A stretch of DNA of 64,000 bases, from contig OZ242383.1 in assembly GCA_965209155.1 (NCBI GenBank), positions 1,632,001 through 1,696,000 of the forward strand. Reading direction: 5' to 3'. Under the pieces are notes generated by a model. That model made no database searches, was not told where the DNA came from, and saw only the letters and a list, made by a program, of their open reading frames with translations. A program made the position numbers and the translations under genes. Within the stretch, counting starts at the first letter, position 1, and each line of letters starts with the position of its first letter. The DNA is from a bacterium. Its GTDB lineage: Bacteria; SAR324; NAC60-12. Shown here piece after piece: positions 27,801 through 37,283 of the stretch.

Positions 27801-29414
27801 GCTTTCAAACAATTTTTCCACTGAATTCCTTGAAATTTGATTAGTGCCATTCAGTTCTCCTGCAATCATCGTCAGATTATTCATAACTCCATCGTACAAG
27901 AGATCAAACAAAATAATATTTTGGAAATTTCTTTGAAAACTCTGGCACAGGTGCTCATTTCGTAAGGCGTCCAACAACGTTACGTTTTGTTCTGGCAGGG
28001 AGAGTGTTGGTTTGACGTACTTGAGATGTTCGTATAATTGAGTGAGGTTTTCAATCGCGTTTTCTTTCCAGTAATTATAAAGATATAAGAGCACATCGGA
28101 GGTCAATTCCTTGGTCGCCAATTCCAGCCTTTCTTTGGGGTCTCCGATGAAGAAAGTCACCAATCTTCTCCGTTGATTTTCCCGGTTTTGATAGGCTTCT
28201 CTGAATCGTTTGTATTTTTTAAACAAATTGTCATGGTAGCGCAGTTCAACAGGCGAATTGAGCCAGTTTTGAAATTTTATCCGCTGTTCCCGAGCTTCCC
28301 GTTCCTGGAGTTGTCCCTGAGGAATCGTACTGAGCCGGGCATAGTGAACAACGGATTGACTGGTAATTTTGTGGCGGAGCTTCAAGAAACGCAAAAAACG
28401 ATTGACATCACCAAATATATTTAAAATTCCCGTAGGGGTCTTGTCCGTCAAATTATTATCCTCAATCAGCATTTCGGAAGGATTGAGATAATGCTTCAAA
28501 CTTTCCTGGTAATGTTCCCAAAAGTAAAGGTTGTGGCTCTTTAAGAGTTTTTTTGAGTTGTCTTCGATGCATTCGATAGCACTCAAAATCGCATTTTGTA
28601 AATTTTGCAACAGTTGAGGTTCATCCGGAGTATAATCAATAATCCCATCAAAATAACCGGCTGCGCTCAGTTCAAAGGCGGAAACACCAATGTACTTGGC
28701 ACATTCTTCCCAGGATAAATTGTATTTATGAGCAATGTTGCTCAAACCTTTCGGATAAATCGTATTGAAGACTCCATCTCTGACTGAAAGGAGGATATTG
28801 GTAGTGGCCAAAGGAATGGCTCCACCGCTATAACCTTGTCCAAAAACAATCCCCAGGGTAGGAATTTCGAGGTTGGCCATTTCGGCAATAAAAAAAGAAA
28901 TACTATGGGATTGATTGTTCAAGTTGGCATCCGTATCGGCTGCTGCACCGGGTGTATCCATGAATGTAATGAGCGGCATGCCGTGGGATGCAAAAAAACG
29001 AGCGTGCTCGGCCGCTTTAAAATGATGTCGAGGATACCAGACACCAGCTTGATTCTTGCGATTTTGCGCAATTGTGCCAAAACGACGCAGTCGATTGTTG
29101 GTAAAAAATTCAATCTCCGCCACGTAAAGAGGACCATCTGATTCCTCTTTAATGATTTTACCTCGCAGATTTTTAATCACTTCAGGAGCGCTTCGACGTT
29201 TGGGATTCTCTGTAGGCAAAACAGTCTGATGGATGTATTCGTCGACATCCAATTGCTGCAAACGGTCTATGTTTCTTTGAACGTCTTCTTTGGAAAGAAG
29301 TCCCAAAAGCGAGGATTCGTCAAAAAAGGGGGGTCTCTCCTCGGGAAGCAAAGAGAGGTCATTAGACATGGATTCTGCCAGTAAAAACAAAGACCGATTT
29401 TCCATGGTGCGCAA
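24861..29414 (-). CDS. Single-chain acetyl/acyl-CoA carboxylase (CT-alpha, CT-beta, biotin carboxylase, BCCP)
   Basis: FMDTPGA and GYSGGA (CT-alpha); SAGGMQTKEG and GGAQAS (CT-beta); HPGIGFLSE, GGGGKG, RDCTVQR, EMNTRLQVEHPVTE (BC); ESMKVF biotinyl Lys. Start codon uncertain. Confidence 0.92.
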   Translation of the reverse strand: MRTMENRSLFLLAESMSNDLSLLPEERPPFFDESSLLGLLSKEDVQRNIDRLQQLDVDEYIHQTVLPTENPKRRSAPEVIKNLRGKIIKEESDGPLYVAEIEFFTNNRLRRFGTIAQNRKNQAGVWYPRHHFKAAEHARFFASHGMPLITFMDTPGAAADTDANLNNQSHSISFFIAEMANLEIPTLGIVFGQGYSGGAIPLATTNILLSVRDGVFNTIYPKGLSNIAHKYNLSWEECAKYIGVSAFELSAAGYFDGIIDYTPDEPQLLQNLQNAILSAIECIEDNSKKLLKSHNLYFWEHYQESLKHYLNPSEMLIEDNNLTDKTPTGILNIFGDVNRFLRFLKLRHKITSQSVVHYARLSTIPQGQLQEREAREQRIKFQNWLNSPVELRYHDNLFKKYKRFREAYQNRENQRRRLVTFFIGDPKERLELATKELTSDVLLYLYNYWKENAIENLTQLYEHLKYVKPTLSLPEQNVTLLDALRNEHLCQSFQRNFQNIILFDLLYDGVMNNLTMIAGELNGTNQISRNSVEKLFESSFDLAIQEFENRSLDLQATDAKERFFKWLQLFITQRNCDEIMHTISEWKQRAFPRLSPPLFGLVRYYFATLLPALNTVRQSSDLRKQNKFSGKITPRNIGIKDFWNRLDRAYKDLLIQDLLREYKKKFITPQRIIDYFFEDFEELYQDRITIDPVKFPGFRQSIEQALQKGVTPCGTITGLATFVDGNQRNRFGLAISNTAFQAGAFDMASGEKICQLLAECTKHKLPLILFISAGGMQTKEGAGALFSMPVLNDRITRFIKDNELPVICFGFRDCVGGAQASFVTHRLVKTYYFSGTIMSFAGQLVVESHLPMNTVLSNYLSKIHGSMEGLVHNPFDEAIDAKLKEADPQIPMAQLTVQEVISKILAGEYRPYFNPEENTFAKTFEEKLNLAPIKRLLIHARGCTATRLIHAAHDAGLEVVLVQSDPDMDSYPARLLKNKDRLICLGGNTPQESYLNAGSIILIAEQEGADALHPGIGFLSESSQYARICREHKLNFIGPSAHSIDLMGNKTNALATAKRLNIPVVPGSEGALADPIQAETISREIGFPILIKAVHGGGGKGIRVVEETESIVDVFSQMSQEALNAFGNGDLYLEKYIVSMRHIEVQILRDSHSNTKILGMRDCTVQRNYQKLIEESVGRQIPESIVEQLYQYTESIINEIDYIGAGTVEFIYDRLDQQIYFMEMNTRLQVEHPVTEIVSGVDLVQNQIKIAEGGNIKDLSFENNGHAIELRVNAEKIEINANGTLIFLPDPGTITELELPPHPKIRSISAVKSKNTVPPYYDSLIAQIIAHGPTREDVIQTLLDYLKEIRITGISTNLALAKAILENELFQSGEYDTGFLNTFLQQIDIDKLIQTTQNYAGNTGPAIDQETIAIPDSRELKVLSPQTGAFYRSSSPSDPVFVEEGQQIDIGQTLCLLESMKVFNELTLKAYKGGDGEQLYLEGSFYRIKKIIPENKQTVSRGDLLFVIEPEETLQSA

Positions 29415-29568
29415 CCTTGAAGATGATTGAAAGCTTATAAATATACCATTCTCAGCAAATAAAGTTCAATATCTTTCTCCTTTAAAGGAAGGTCTTTGCA
29501 GGACAACTATGACATTCCATCAGAGCAACGAGTTCGTTTGCAAAAAGGTTGAGGAATACTGACTCCGA

Positions 29569-30012
29569 TTAGTTTTCAGGATTAGCAGGGAATAGATCCA
29601 GGAATGAGGAACCAGCACTGTGGATATTTTGTAAGACTTTGTTGACAAAACTGCGGGCCGCATCATCGACAAATTCCTTTGCCAGGATCACGGCTTCGTC
29701 CATGATGACTTCAAAAGGGGTCTCTTCGCAGAATTTCATTTCATAAACCGAGAGACGCAACAAATTTCGTACCACAACGGATAGCCGTTCCAAGCGCCAC
29801 TTTTCCATGGTAGCAATCAAAAGCGCATCTATTTGCATCACATGTTCCAGAGTCCCCGAAATGAGGTTGCGTGTATACTGTTTGGCCTCTGCTTTGACAT
29901 CGAACTGTTCCAAAAAAAAATCAATTCCCTCGGGGGAGATCGATTCGAGGATTTCAATCTGATATAAACACTGCAAGGCATGTTCACGGCATTTATGGCG
30001 AGAATAATTCAT
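29569..30012 (-). CDS. nusB: Transcription antitermination factor NusB
   Basis: RHKCREHALQCLYQ, WRLERLSVVVRNLLRLSVYEM, EAVILAKEF, FVNKVL. Confidence 0.92.
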   Translation of the reverse strand: MNYSRHKCREHALQCLYQIEILESISPEGIDFFLEQFDVKAEAKQYTRNLISGTLEHVMQIDALLIATMEKWRLERLSVVVRNLLRLSVYEMKFCEETPFEVIMDEAVILAKEFVDDAARSFVNKVLQNIHSAGSSFLDLFPANPEN

Positions 30013-31331
30013 GAGTGATTTCCCATCAACACCGTGTGTATTTTTTTCACCAAAGCATGGTTGAAACTGTGAGAGGTCATATTGGCGATGAAACGACCTT
30101 GGATAGCAAAACCGATGAGATAGAGGTCGCCGATTAAATCCAATATTTTATGCCGCACGAATTCGTCGGGATACCGCAATTTTGTGTTAATCACTTTACC
30201 ATCATGCATGATGATGTGGGAATTCAAATATCCGCTTCCAATTTTTCCTATTTTTTGAGCCATGTCAATGTTTTCAAAAGTGTTAAACGTGCGGGCTGGC
30301 GCGATTTCCTTCTCAAAAGAATGCAGCTCGACATTGAAAGTTAAAGTTTGCTCCCGAATGGGAGGTGGGTAGTTCACGCGCATACGGATTTCAAAGCCAT
30401 CAAATGGTTCCACGAACAGGTGCTTTTCTTTTAAATTTTCAACGCCGATTCCAATTTTCTCATGTACCACTATGCGTTTGGCATTCGCTGGTTGATCGAC
30501 GATTCCCGCTGCTTGAATCAATTGGCAAAATCCTTCGGCAGAACTATCTATATTGGGAATCTCCTCATCGGTTTTAATTTGAACATTGGTCAGACCAAAC
30601 ATGGAGAGGGCCCCCAGTAAATGCTCCACCGTTCGCACGCGATGTCCGTTGCGAGCCAAGATTGTGGAATTGGCGGTAAAACTCCGGGAGGTATCAATCT
30701 GTGAAAAATTTTCCAAAGATGTAATATGGGCCGGAATCGTATGGCCGTCCAAGGTTTGGAATACGATTCCCTCATTCACATCAAGTGGACTGATAATGAT
30801 TCCTGTATTGCGGCCACTCAACAATCCATGTCCATTGAGCACGACATTTCTTTTCAAAGTACGCTGTGGTTGGTTGGATTCTACAAGGGACAGCGTGTTT
30901 GTATGAATTGTTTCGCCAGTCCACCTCACCCTATGCGACTCGCAATGAGGTTGGCCTGTTTCTTTCTGTGGTTTGATTGCAAGTGCAGCTGAGACCTTTT
31001 CCAACAACACTTCCAGGGTGAGTGGTTTTTCCAGAAAATCAAAAGCCCCCCACTTGATGGCATTGACTGCCGCGTCAATCCCGGCGTGCCCGCTCATCAT
31101 GATCACTGGAATGTGAGGGAAACTGATTTTGAATTGTTGTAAAATTTCCATCCCATCTGTACCTGGCAGCCAGATATCGAGCAAAACCAAGGAAGGGAGT
31201 TGAGTATGGATTATTTCAAACAAAGTTTCAGCATCCGGGCAAGAAACCGTTTCATAACCTTCGTCTTGTAGTACCCCTTTCACGGTTTCGCAAATGGCGG
31301 GCTCATTGTCGACAACAAATATCGGCTCCAT
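30009..31331 (-). CDS. lpxC: Response-regulator receiver domain fused to UDP-3-O-acyl-GlcNAc deacetylase
   Basis: Receiver: VVDNE, LLDIWLPGTDG, SGH, FLEKP. LpxC: QRTLK, RTVEHLLGAL, EIAPARTF, DEFVRHKILDLIGDL, SHSFN. Confidence 0.92.
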   Translation of the reverse strand: MEPIFVVDNEPAICETVKGVLQDEGYETVSCPDAETLFEIIHTQLPSLVLLDIWLPGTDGMEILQQFKISFPHIPVIMMSGHAGIDAAVNAIKWGAFDFLEKPLTLEVLLEKVSAALAIKPQKETGQPHCESHRVRWTGETIHTNTLSLVESNQPQRTLKRNVVLNGHGLLSGRNTGIIISPLDVNEGIVFQTLDGHTIPAHITSLENFSQIDTSRSFTANSTILARNGHRVRTVEHLLGALSMFGLTNVQIKTDEEIPNIDSSAEGFCQLIQAAGIVDQPANAKRIVVHEKIGIGVENLKEKHLFVEPFDGFEIRMRVNYPPPIREQTLTFNVELHSFEKEIAPARTFNTFENIDMAQKIGKIGSGYLNSHIIMHDGKVINTKLRYPDEFVRHKILDLIGDLYLIGFAIQGRFIANMTSHSFNHALVKKIHTVLMGNHS

Positions 31332-31658
31332 ATGAGATCTCCTCCCTCAAATAAGAACGTATTCAAACCACCGGCATTGACCTGGTAAGAAGTTTGAAGC
31401 TTTATCCGGTTCTCCAATGTCCCGGTTTTTCACAGTATATCAGAGAAATATGCAGTTTACACCATCCTCGAAAATCGGAGAAATTACAACAGTCATCATT
31501 CTACCTGATACTTCAGCGAACCTGCCCTGAGGCTGCGCGGAATTGCTTTTTACGAGAATAAATACTGACTTGTGGTGTGTCCTCTGCTAAACTGAGTGCT
31601 AACCTCAGAATGACACTTTCCCATCAGAGATTGGAATGATAAACAACAAGGAGCGATA

Positions 31659-31850
31659 ATGCTTGATAATTTTGATCCAAAGGAAAAAAAGGCGATTCTT
31701 ATCTTCTTTGCTCTTTTGCTATTAGCCATAGTTTATGTTTATACCCATGAACTCCCTTGGGAACTGAACTATGGTCAGGAACAATTCCCGTCGGACGAAT
31801 CAGAGAGGAGTCCGGAGTCCACAAAAAAATCTTATGATCGTTTTCTCTGA
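31659..31850 (+). CDS. Small membrane protein, hypothetical
   Basis: AAGGAG RBS; one transmembrane segment. Confidence 0.55.
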   Translation: MLDNFDPKEKKAILIFFALLLLAIVYVYTHELPWELNYGQEQFPSDESERSPESTKKSYDRFL

Positions 31851-31905
31851 ATAGTATGCCTCTCATGAATTACGACGGGTCTCTGCTAATTGAAAAACCA
31901 GTCCC

Positions 31906-32787
31906 TTGATGAAACTTCCTATTCCCGGAATCTTTCCCAAACTACAATTTTCAAGCACCTTGCTTGTCCTGTGTCTCATTCTTTTACTCGCTTTGGGAGC
32001 CATGTTTTCCCTGGGTATGCTATCGGGACAGTGGATTCGTTGGGAGATTACTAATCTTCCTGCGCAAACACAAAAGCTGAGAGTACTTCCCAAGTTTACA
32101 ATCCCTGAAGATCCTGGAATCGCAAAAGAGGAATTTACATTGATACTGGAAAAAAATATTTTTGATGCAAAACGCCTGGAAATATCGAATGAAAGCCCAC
32201 CTTCTCCAAAACCGGAAGCGGACGTTATTCTGGAAGTCAAATCTCAATCAGAAAATGAGATTGAGACGAAAAAAAATCATTCCCGAGAGATCGTCAAGGA
32301 AACCGTGTCTCAAATCAAAGTGAGATCGCCAGTGAGCCATCCTGAAAAGAAGCTTGAACCTGGATTTCAAGAAAAACCCCTGATCAAAACGAAACAGGTA
32401 CCTGATCTCAAACAAGAAATGCTTCCTTCTGAATCGGAACAAGTCAGCAGACTTCCTATTTCGGCAGATCAGGAAACATTTCACCTGCAACGCGAATGGG
32501 TTGACGAGCAATTAGCTAATTTCGCTAAAATTTTGCAGGATGCCCGAGTAGAGCCTGTCACAGTCGATCAACAAACATTCTTCCAATTCAAATTCATCAA
32601 AAAAGGTAGCATGTATGAAGCATTGGGATTGAAAAAAGATGACATCATTCTCGCCATCAACGAAAAAATGATCGATAACGTAACCAAAGCGATGGGACTA
32701 CTGCAAAAATTGCAATCGGAACGGGAAATTGCCTTAACGGTCAAACGGAAAGAAAGCGAAAAAATTCTGCGGTATTATATCAATTGA
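31906..32787 (+). CDS. GspC-like type II secretion protein with C-terminal PDZ domain
   Basis: N-terminal TM segment, ILEKNIFD, GSMYEALGLKKDDIILAIN PDZ, LRYYIN end. Confidence 0.75.
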   Translation: MMKLPIPGIFPKLQFSSTLLVLCLILLLALGAMFSLGMLSGQWIRWEITNLPAQTQKLRVLPKFTIPEDPGIAKEEFTLILEKNIFDAKRLEISNESPPSPKPEADVILEVKSQSENEIETKKNHSREIVKETVSQIKVRSPVSHPEKKLEPGFQEKPLIKTKQVPDLKQEMLPSESEQVSRLPISADQETFHLQREWVDEQLANFAKILQDARVEPVTVDQQTFFQFKFIKKGSMYEALGLKKDDIILAINEKMIDNVTKAMGLLQKLQSEREIALTVKRKESEKILRYYIN

Positions 32788-32864
32788 AATCAAGAAATTA
32801 TTAAGCAATTTCGGTCCATAGCAAACCAGACAATTTGTTATCCTGAATCACGGGAAACCACCGT

Positions 32865-34253
32865 GAGTTATAGTCAAATTCTGGGGATGGCAATTCAGGC
32901 GGCGATCCTGTATTGAGGAATTCCATCGACAAATTGTACTCCCTCTATCACTTCGGCTAATCGTTTAAATCCGTGTAATCGGATCCAATTTTTCTGAGCG
33001 GATTCCATTAATTTGAATGCCATCGTCAAGACGGTATTTCTTGAGAAACAACCTCTGACTTTGGCAGTTCTCAGTTTGACAGTAGCGAAGGTGGATTCAA
33101 TGGGATTGCTCGTTCTCAAATGCCTCCAATGCTCTGCCGGGAAATCATAGAAGGCCATCAAGGTCTCCTGATCTTTAATCAAGCAGTGAGTGGCTTTAGG
33201 ATATTTCGCCTCATACATGTCAACAAAATGCTTTAAGGCTTTGAAAGCTTCCTCTTTGCTGCTGGCCATCCAAATTTGATGGAGACGATCCTTGGCTTTA
33301 TGATGCTCCCTTTTTGGTAAATAGTTGAGAATGTTTCCCGTTTTGTGCATCCAACAACGCTGCTCTTTGCTCTGAGGATAGACTTTTTTCAAAGCTTTCC
33401 AAAATCCCATCGCTCCGTCTCCCACAGCGATTTTAGGGGCCTCAGTCAATCCCCGGTGCTTCAGATCCATCAGCAGTTCCCTCCAGGATTGCTCACTTTC
33501 CCGGTAGCCATCTTCCAAGGCAACGAGCTCTTTATCTCCATTTTCTGTTGCCCCCACAATCACCAAGAGGCATTGTTTATCTTTATCCATTCTCACATTG
33601 CAATACACGCCATCGACCCAGAGATAAACATAATGACTCTGGGAGAGATCCCGTTGTTTCCAGGCTTTCCAATCCTCATACCAGCTTGATTTAAGACGGC
33701 TCACTGTCGCTGAAGACAAGCCCGCCGCTCTTTTACCTAAAATCGCTGCGAGCGCCTCCTGAAAGCCACCAGTGGAAATCCCTTTCAGATACAGCCAGGG
33801 AATCAGGGCTTCAATACTTTTACTTTTCCTCAGATAAGGGGGGATCAACTTGGAAGAAAATCGAATCCTTTCCTCTGATGAGGTGCTTTGACGATCTTTA
33901 CTCCGCGGAACTTTCACGGATATAGAACCAATTCCCGTCTGAATCTCCCGATCTTGATGATAACCATGACGAACCACTCGCTGACGTCCATCCGAGAGTC
34001 GATAGGACTGATATTCCTTCATGAATATTTCCATCTCCAATTCCAACGCTTCAGAAAGTATCTTCCTGGCTTTCACTCTCAAAAGTTCACTCAAATGATC
34101 TTCAATAATTTGCTCTGGCTTCTCCAGATCAATCACGTTATAGTTGCTCATCGGCGTATCCTTTCTTTGATGTAATTCTATTTATTTTAAATTCCCATCA
34201 ATAGGATACGCCACCTTCAAATTTAGTCCATCCCCAACTTTCGACTATATCTC
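32865..34253 (-). mobile_element. IS256-family insertion sequence, 1389 bp, 9-bp target duplication AACCACCGT
   Basis: Inverted repeats GAGTTATAGTCAAATTCTGGGGATGG / CCATCCCCAACTTTCGACTATATCTC; duplication at 32856-32864 and 34254-34262. Confidence 0.95.
32895..34151 (-). CDS. IS256-family transposase
   Basis: YLKGISTG, YLWVDG, VGDGAMGFW, QRCWMHK, RTSNPIESTF. Confidence 0.95.
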   Translation of the reverse strand: MSNYNVIDLEKPEQIIEDHLSELLRVKARKILSEALELEMEIFMKEYQSYRLSDGRQRVVRHGYHQDREIQTGIGSISVKVPRSKDRQSTSSEERIRFSSKLIPPYLRKSKSIEALIPWLYLKGISTGGFQEALAAILGKRAAGLSSATVSRLKSSWYEDWKAWKQRDLSQSHYVYLWVDGVYCNVRMDKDKQCLLVIVGATENGDKELVALEDGYRESEQSWRELLMDLKHRGLTEAPKIAVGDGAMGFWKALKKVYPQSKEQRCWMHKTGNILNYLPKREHHKAKDRLHQIWMASSKEEAFKALKHFVDMYEAKYPKATHCLIKDQETLMAFYDFPAEHWRHLRTSNPIESTFATVKLRTAKVRGCFSRNTVLTMAFKLMESAQKNWIRLHGFKRLAEVIEGVQFVDGIPQYRIAA

Positions 34254-34269
34254 AACCACCGTCAAGAAA

Positions 34270-35202
34270 ATGTTAGAAAGTAATCATCCCGGGTTAATTG
34301 CCGTTGTTGGCCCAACAGGTAGTGGGAAAAGTGCTTTGGCTCTTTATTTAGCGCAGGAGTTGGGAGGAGAGATAGTCTGCACCGATTCCATGCAAGTTTA
34401 TCAAAAATTAAATATCGGTACGGCCAAACCAACGGCGGCCGAACAGTCGCTTGTTCCCCATCATCAATTGGACCTGATCGCACCTGATGGCTACTATTCC
34501 GCAGGTCGGTATGAAAAGGATGCCAACCGCATCATTGCAAAACTTCAGCAGCAACACAAACCTGTCATTTTGGTGGGAGGATCGGGTCTCTATTTTCGCT
34601 GCGCGATCTTTGGAATATGCCCTATTCCTGATATCCTCCCTCATATCAAGAAAGTAGTTCGGCAATGGCACAGTCAGGGGCTGCCTTACTGCTACCAGAA
34701 GCTTCAACAGTTGGACCCCACCAGTGCGTCAGCATTACACCCGAGTGACTCAGCTCGTATCTTAAGAGCTTTGGAAGTGCAACTTCAAACGGGTCGATCC
34801 ATTCAGGTCTACCAACGAGAGCATGGTTTTAAAAAAAAGAAATATTCTGTTTTTTCCGTGGGTTACTGGTATAACAGGAAGCAGTTGTACCAATTGATCA
34901 ACCAAAGAACCCTTGCCATGTTGAAAGCAGGCTTCGTGGAAGAAGTACGTTCGTTGTTAAAGGAATATCCTTCAAATCTGCGATCCTTGCAGAGTATTGG
35001 TTATCAACAAATCGTCCGTTTTCTGGACAATCGTTTGACGGAAGATGAAATGGTGGCGGAAATTCAACAGAAAACGCGAAATTACGCAAAACGTCAGCTG
35101 AGTTGGTTGCGAAACGACAAGAGCATTAACTGGTATTCTGAAAATGAAGATGGGCAAATTTTAAAAGATGCACGAAATTTTTTTCACTCCCACCAATGCT
35201 AA
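34270..35202 (+). CDS. miaA: tRNA dimethylallyltransferase
   Basis: GPTGSGKS, DSMQVY..LNIGTAKP, VGGSGLY, RILRALEV, TRNYAKRQLSW. Confidence 0.95.
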   Translation: MLESNHPGLIAVVGPTGSGKSALALYLAQELGGEIVCTDSMQVYQKLNIGTAKPTAAEQSLVPHHQLDLIAPDGYYSAGRYEKDANRIIAKLQQQHKPVILVGGSGLYFRCAIFGICPIPDILPHIKKVVRQWHSQGLPYCYQKLQQLDPTSASALHPSDSARILRALEVQLQTGRSIQVYQREHGFKKKKYSVFSVGYWYNRKQLYQLINQRTLAMLKAGFVEEVRSLLKEYPSNLRSLQSIGYQQIVRFLDNRLTEDEMVAEIQQKTRNYAKRQLSWLRNDKSINWYSENEDGQILKDARNFFHSHQC

Positions 35203-35624
35203 TACCCAAGCGTGACCTATAATAGTACTAACTACTGACAAAAAATGTAAAAAGCATTCACAATTTTCTACAGGTGGCATTATCGAACTTTCCACCAAGT
35301 ATAGGAAAATTAAGACTATCATTCCACGCCATTCTCATTGAAGTTGAGTGAGATAATCTTCCAGGCAACCCAATTGATTCAATGGATGCATCCTTCATAC
35401 TCCTTTTGCAACAGGCGATTATTAAAACAACTCCTGCTTGGATTGGTTATCTTTTTATTACTTTATGGTGCTGCTCGTTTTTAGAAATTGCTCATATTGC
35501 CAAACACAATTGAGGGGTAGCGGATTTTTTTCTCCTTCATAGAGTTTAACTCTTTGATTTATATGAATAAAATATTCGTTAGTGCCAAGCACCATTACAA
35601 AGCGGATTTTGAAAAAGTAGTAGA

Positions 35625-36593
35625 ATGAATATCTATATTGCCGCCATCGATGTGGGAAGCAACGCAGTGCGAATGGTCTTGAGCCGATGTCAACAGACGG
35701 CTCAAGAGCAGTCTCATTTAAGATTGATTCAATCTTGGCGCAGTTTTTTGAGATTGGGAGAAGATGTTTTCAATTTTGGTCAGATTTCACAGACTCACCT
35801 GGAAGCATTGACGGATATTTTGAAGCAATTCGTCAATGAATTACAACACTATGCCAATGTTTCACTTTGCGTTGCGGCAACTAGTGCGGTTCGAGCAGCA
35901 AAAAACAAGCAGGAAGTGCTTCAATATATACAAAAAAATGCTGGTATTGAAATTAAAATTCTGTCCGGAATGGAAGAAGCAGATTGTATGCTCAATGCCC
36001 TGCAAAATATGACGACATGGCAGTCCATTGAAACCGAATTGGAACGTGTCCTTTTGACAGACTTGGGAGGAGGGAGCCTGGAAGTATCCGTTGTGGAAGC
36101 ATCCCGGATTCTATACAGAAAAAGTTTGGACTATGGCGCCTTACGTCTGGCAAAGATGAATTCAAATGCTCAGCAAATTGCCTTGAATGCGTTAAATCGA
36201 GAGATCCAAGAAATGGGTGCATTCGCAGCAGCGAGTCAAAACGATTTTCCGTCCCATTTGGTTTTGACTGGCGGAAGTGCTAAAGTGATGGCTCGTCTGG
36301 TCCATGAAAGACTTTATCCTGCGCAGCAACTTCCCACACTGTGCACGTTTTCCTGGGAGTATTTCACTGAAACCAAGTTTGCCATTTTCAACCTGGGAGT
36401 GGACCACTATATTGCGTCATCGGCAATCCGACCTGAACAGGCTGAATTACTCATTCCAGCACTCCTTGTTTTTGAAATGTTGGGTTCAATAATACGTTGT
36501 CAAAAATTTTCGATCCCATTCATTAGTTTGAAAGAAGGTCTCCTACTGCAACAAGCTCAAAGGATTTTCCCTCAATGTAAATTATTGTTGTGA
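35625..36593 (+). CDS. Ppx/GppA family phosphatase
   Basis: AAIDVGSNAVRM, ATSAVRAAKN, LSGMEEA, DLGGGSLE, SLKEGLL. Confidence 0.88.
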   Translation: MNIYIAAIDVGSNAVRMVLSRCQQTAQEQSHLRLIQSWRSFLRLGEDVFNFGQISQTHLEALTDILKQFVNELQHYANVSLCVAATSAVRAAKNKQEVLQYIQKNAGIEIKILSGMEEADCMLNALQNMTTWQSIETELERVLLTDLGGGSLEVSVVEASRILYRKSLDYGALRLAKMNSNAQQIALNALNREIQEMGAFAAASQNDFPSHLVLTGGSAKVMARLVHERLYPAQQLPTLCTFSWEYFTETKFAIFNLGVDHYIASSAIRPEQAELLIPALLVFEMLGSIIRCQKFSIPFISLKEGLLLQQAQRIFPQCKLLL

Positions 36594-36596
36594 ACT

Positions 36597-37280
36597 ATGA
36601 TGTTTGCGTTCACTCGACAGTTGGGGATATTAATTTGGAAGGATGTGGTCATAGACATTCGTCGGAAAGAAAATTTTCTTTCCATGTTTTTATTTTCACT
36701 GTTAACCCTCATTATTTTTAATTTTTCGTTCGGAGACGATCCCGAGTTATTCCAATTGATGATTCCAGGAGTCATTTGGGTTGTGTTTTTACTGGCAGGG
36801 GTATTGGGATTGAGTAAAACTTTTATTCAGGAAGTGGAAAATGGCTGCATGAAAGGACTGCTCATGGCTCCTATTGACCGGGGGCATTTATTCCTGGGAA
36901 AAATGATGAGCACGACTCTTTTTCTTTCGTTAGTTCAGTTGCTCACCGTACCCCTGTTTTTTTTATTTTTCGACCTGACCCTTGTGCGCCAGTGGTGGAT
37001 GTTGGTACTGGTGATGCTGGCCGGCACATTGGGTTTTGCGTCCCTGGGAACTTTACTTGCCGCTATGACGGCTACTCTGCGGGGGCGGGAAATGCTCTTG
37101 CCGATCCTTTTGTTCCCTCTTATGACTCCTAATTTACTCAGTGTGGTTCATATCACCTCAGATATATTTTTTGGGGGAGTGTGGTCTGAGGTCTGGTCTT
37201 GGTGGAAGTTATTAATCGCCTTTGACGTGATTGTTGGAATTGTTTCCTATCTGAGTTTTGAATTTATTTTAGAGGATTGA
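36597..37280 (+). CDS. ccmB: Heme exporter protein CcmB
   Basis: WKDVVIDIR, PGVIW, EVENG.MKGL, LFLGK, LLPILLFPL. Confidence 0.9.
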   Translation: MMFAFTRQLGILIWKDVVIDIRRKENFLSMFLFSLLTLIIFNFSFGDDPELFQLMIPGVIWVVFLLAGVLGLSKTFIQEVENGCMKGLLMAPIDRGHLFLGKMMSTTLFLSLVQLLTVPLFFLFFDLTLVRQWWMLVLVMLAGTLGFASLGTLLAAMTATLRGREMLLPILLFPLMTPNLLSVVHITSDIFFGGVWSEVWSWWKLLIAFDVIVGIVSYLSFEFILED

Positions 37281-37283
37281 GTT

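Noticed and set aside
35258..35398. 46-codon minus-strand ORF (MKDASIESIG...) with a GGAG RBS downstream of miaA
   Set aside because: No recognisable family and not Hfq; cannot be separated from chance without conservation data.
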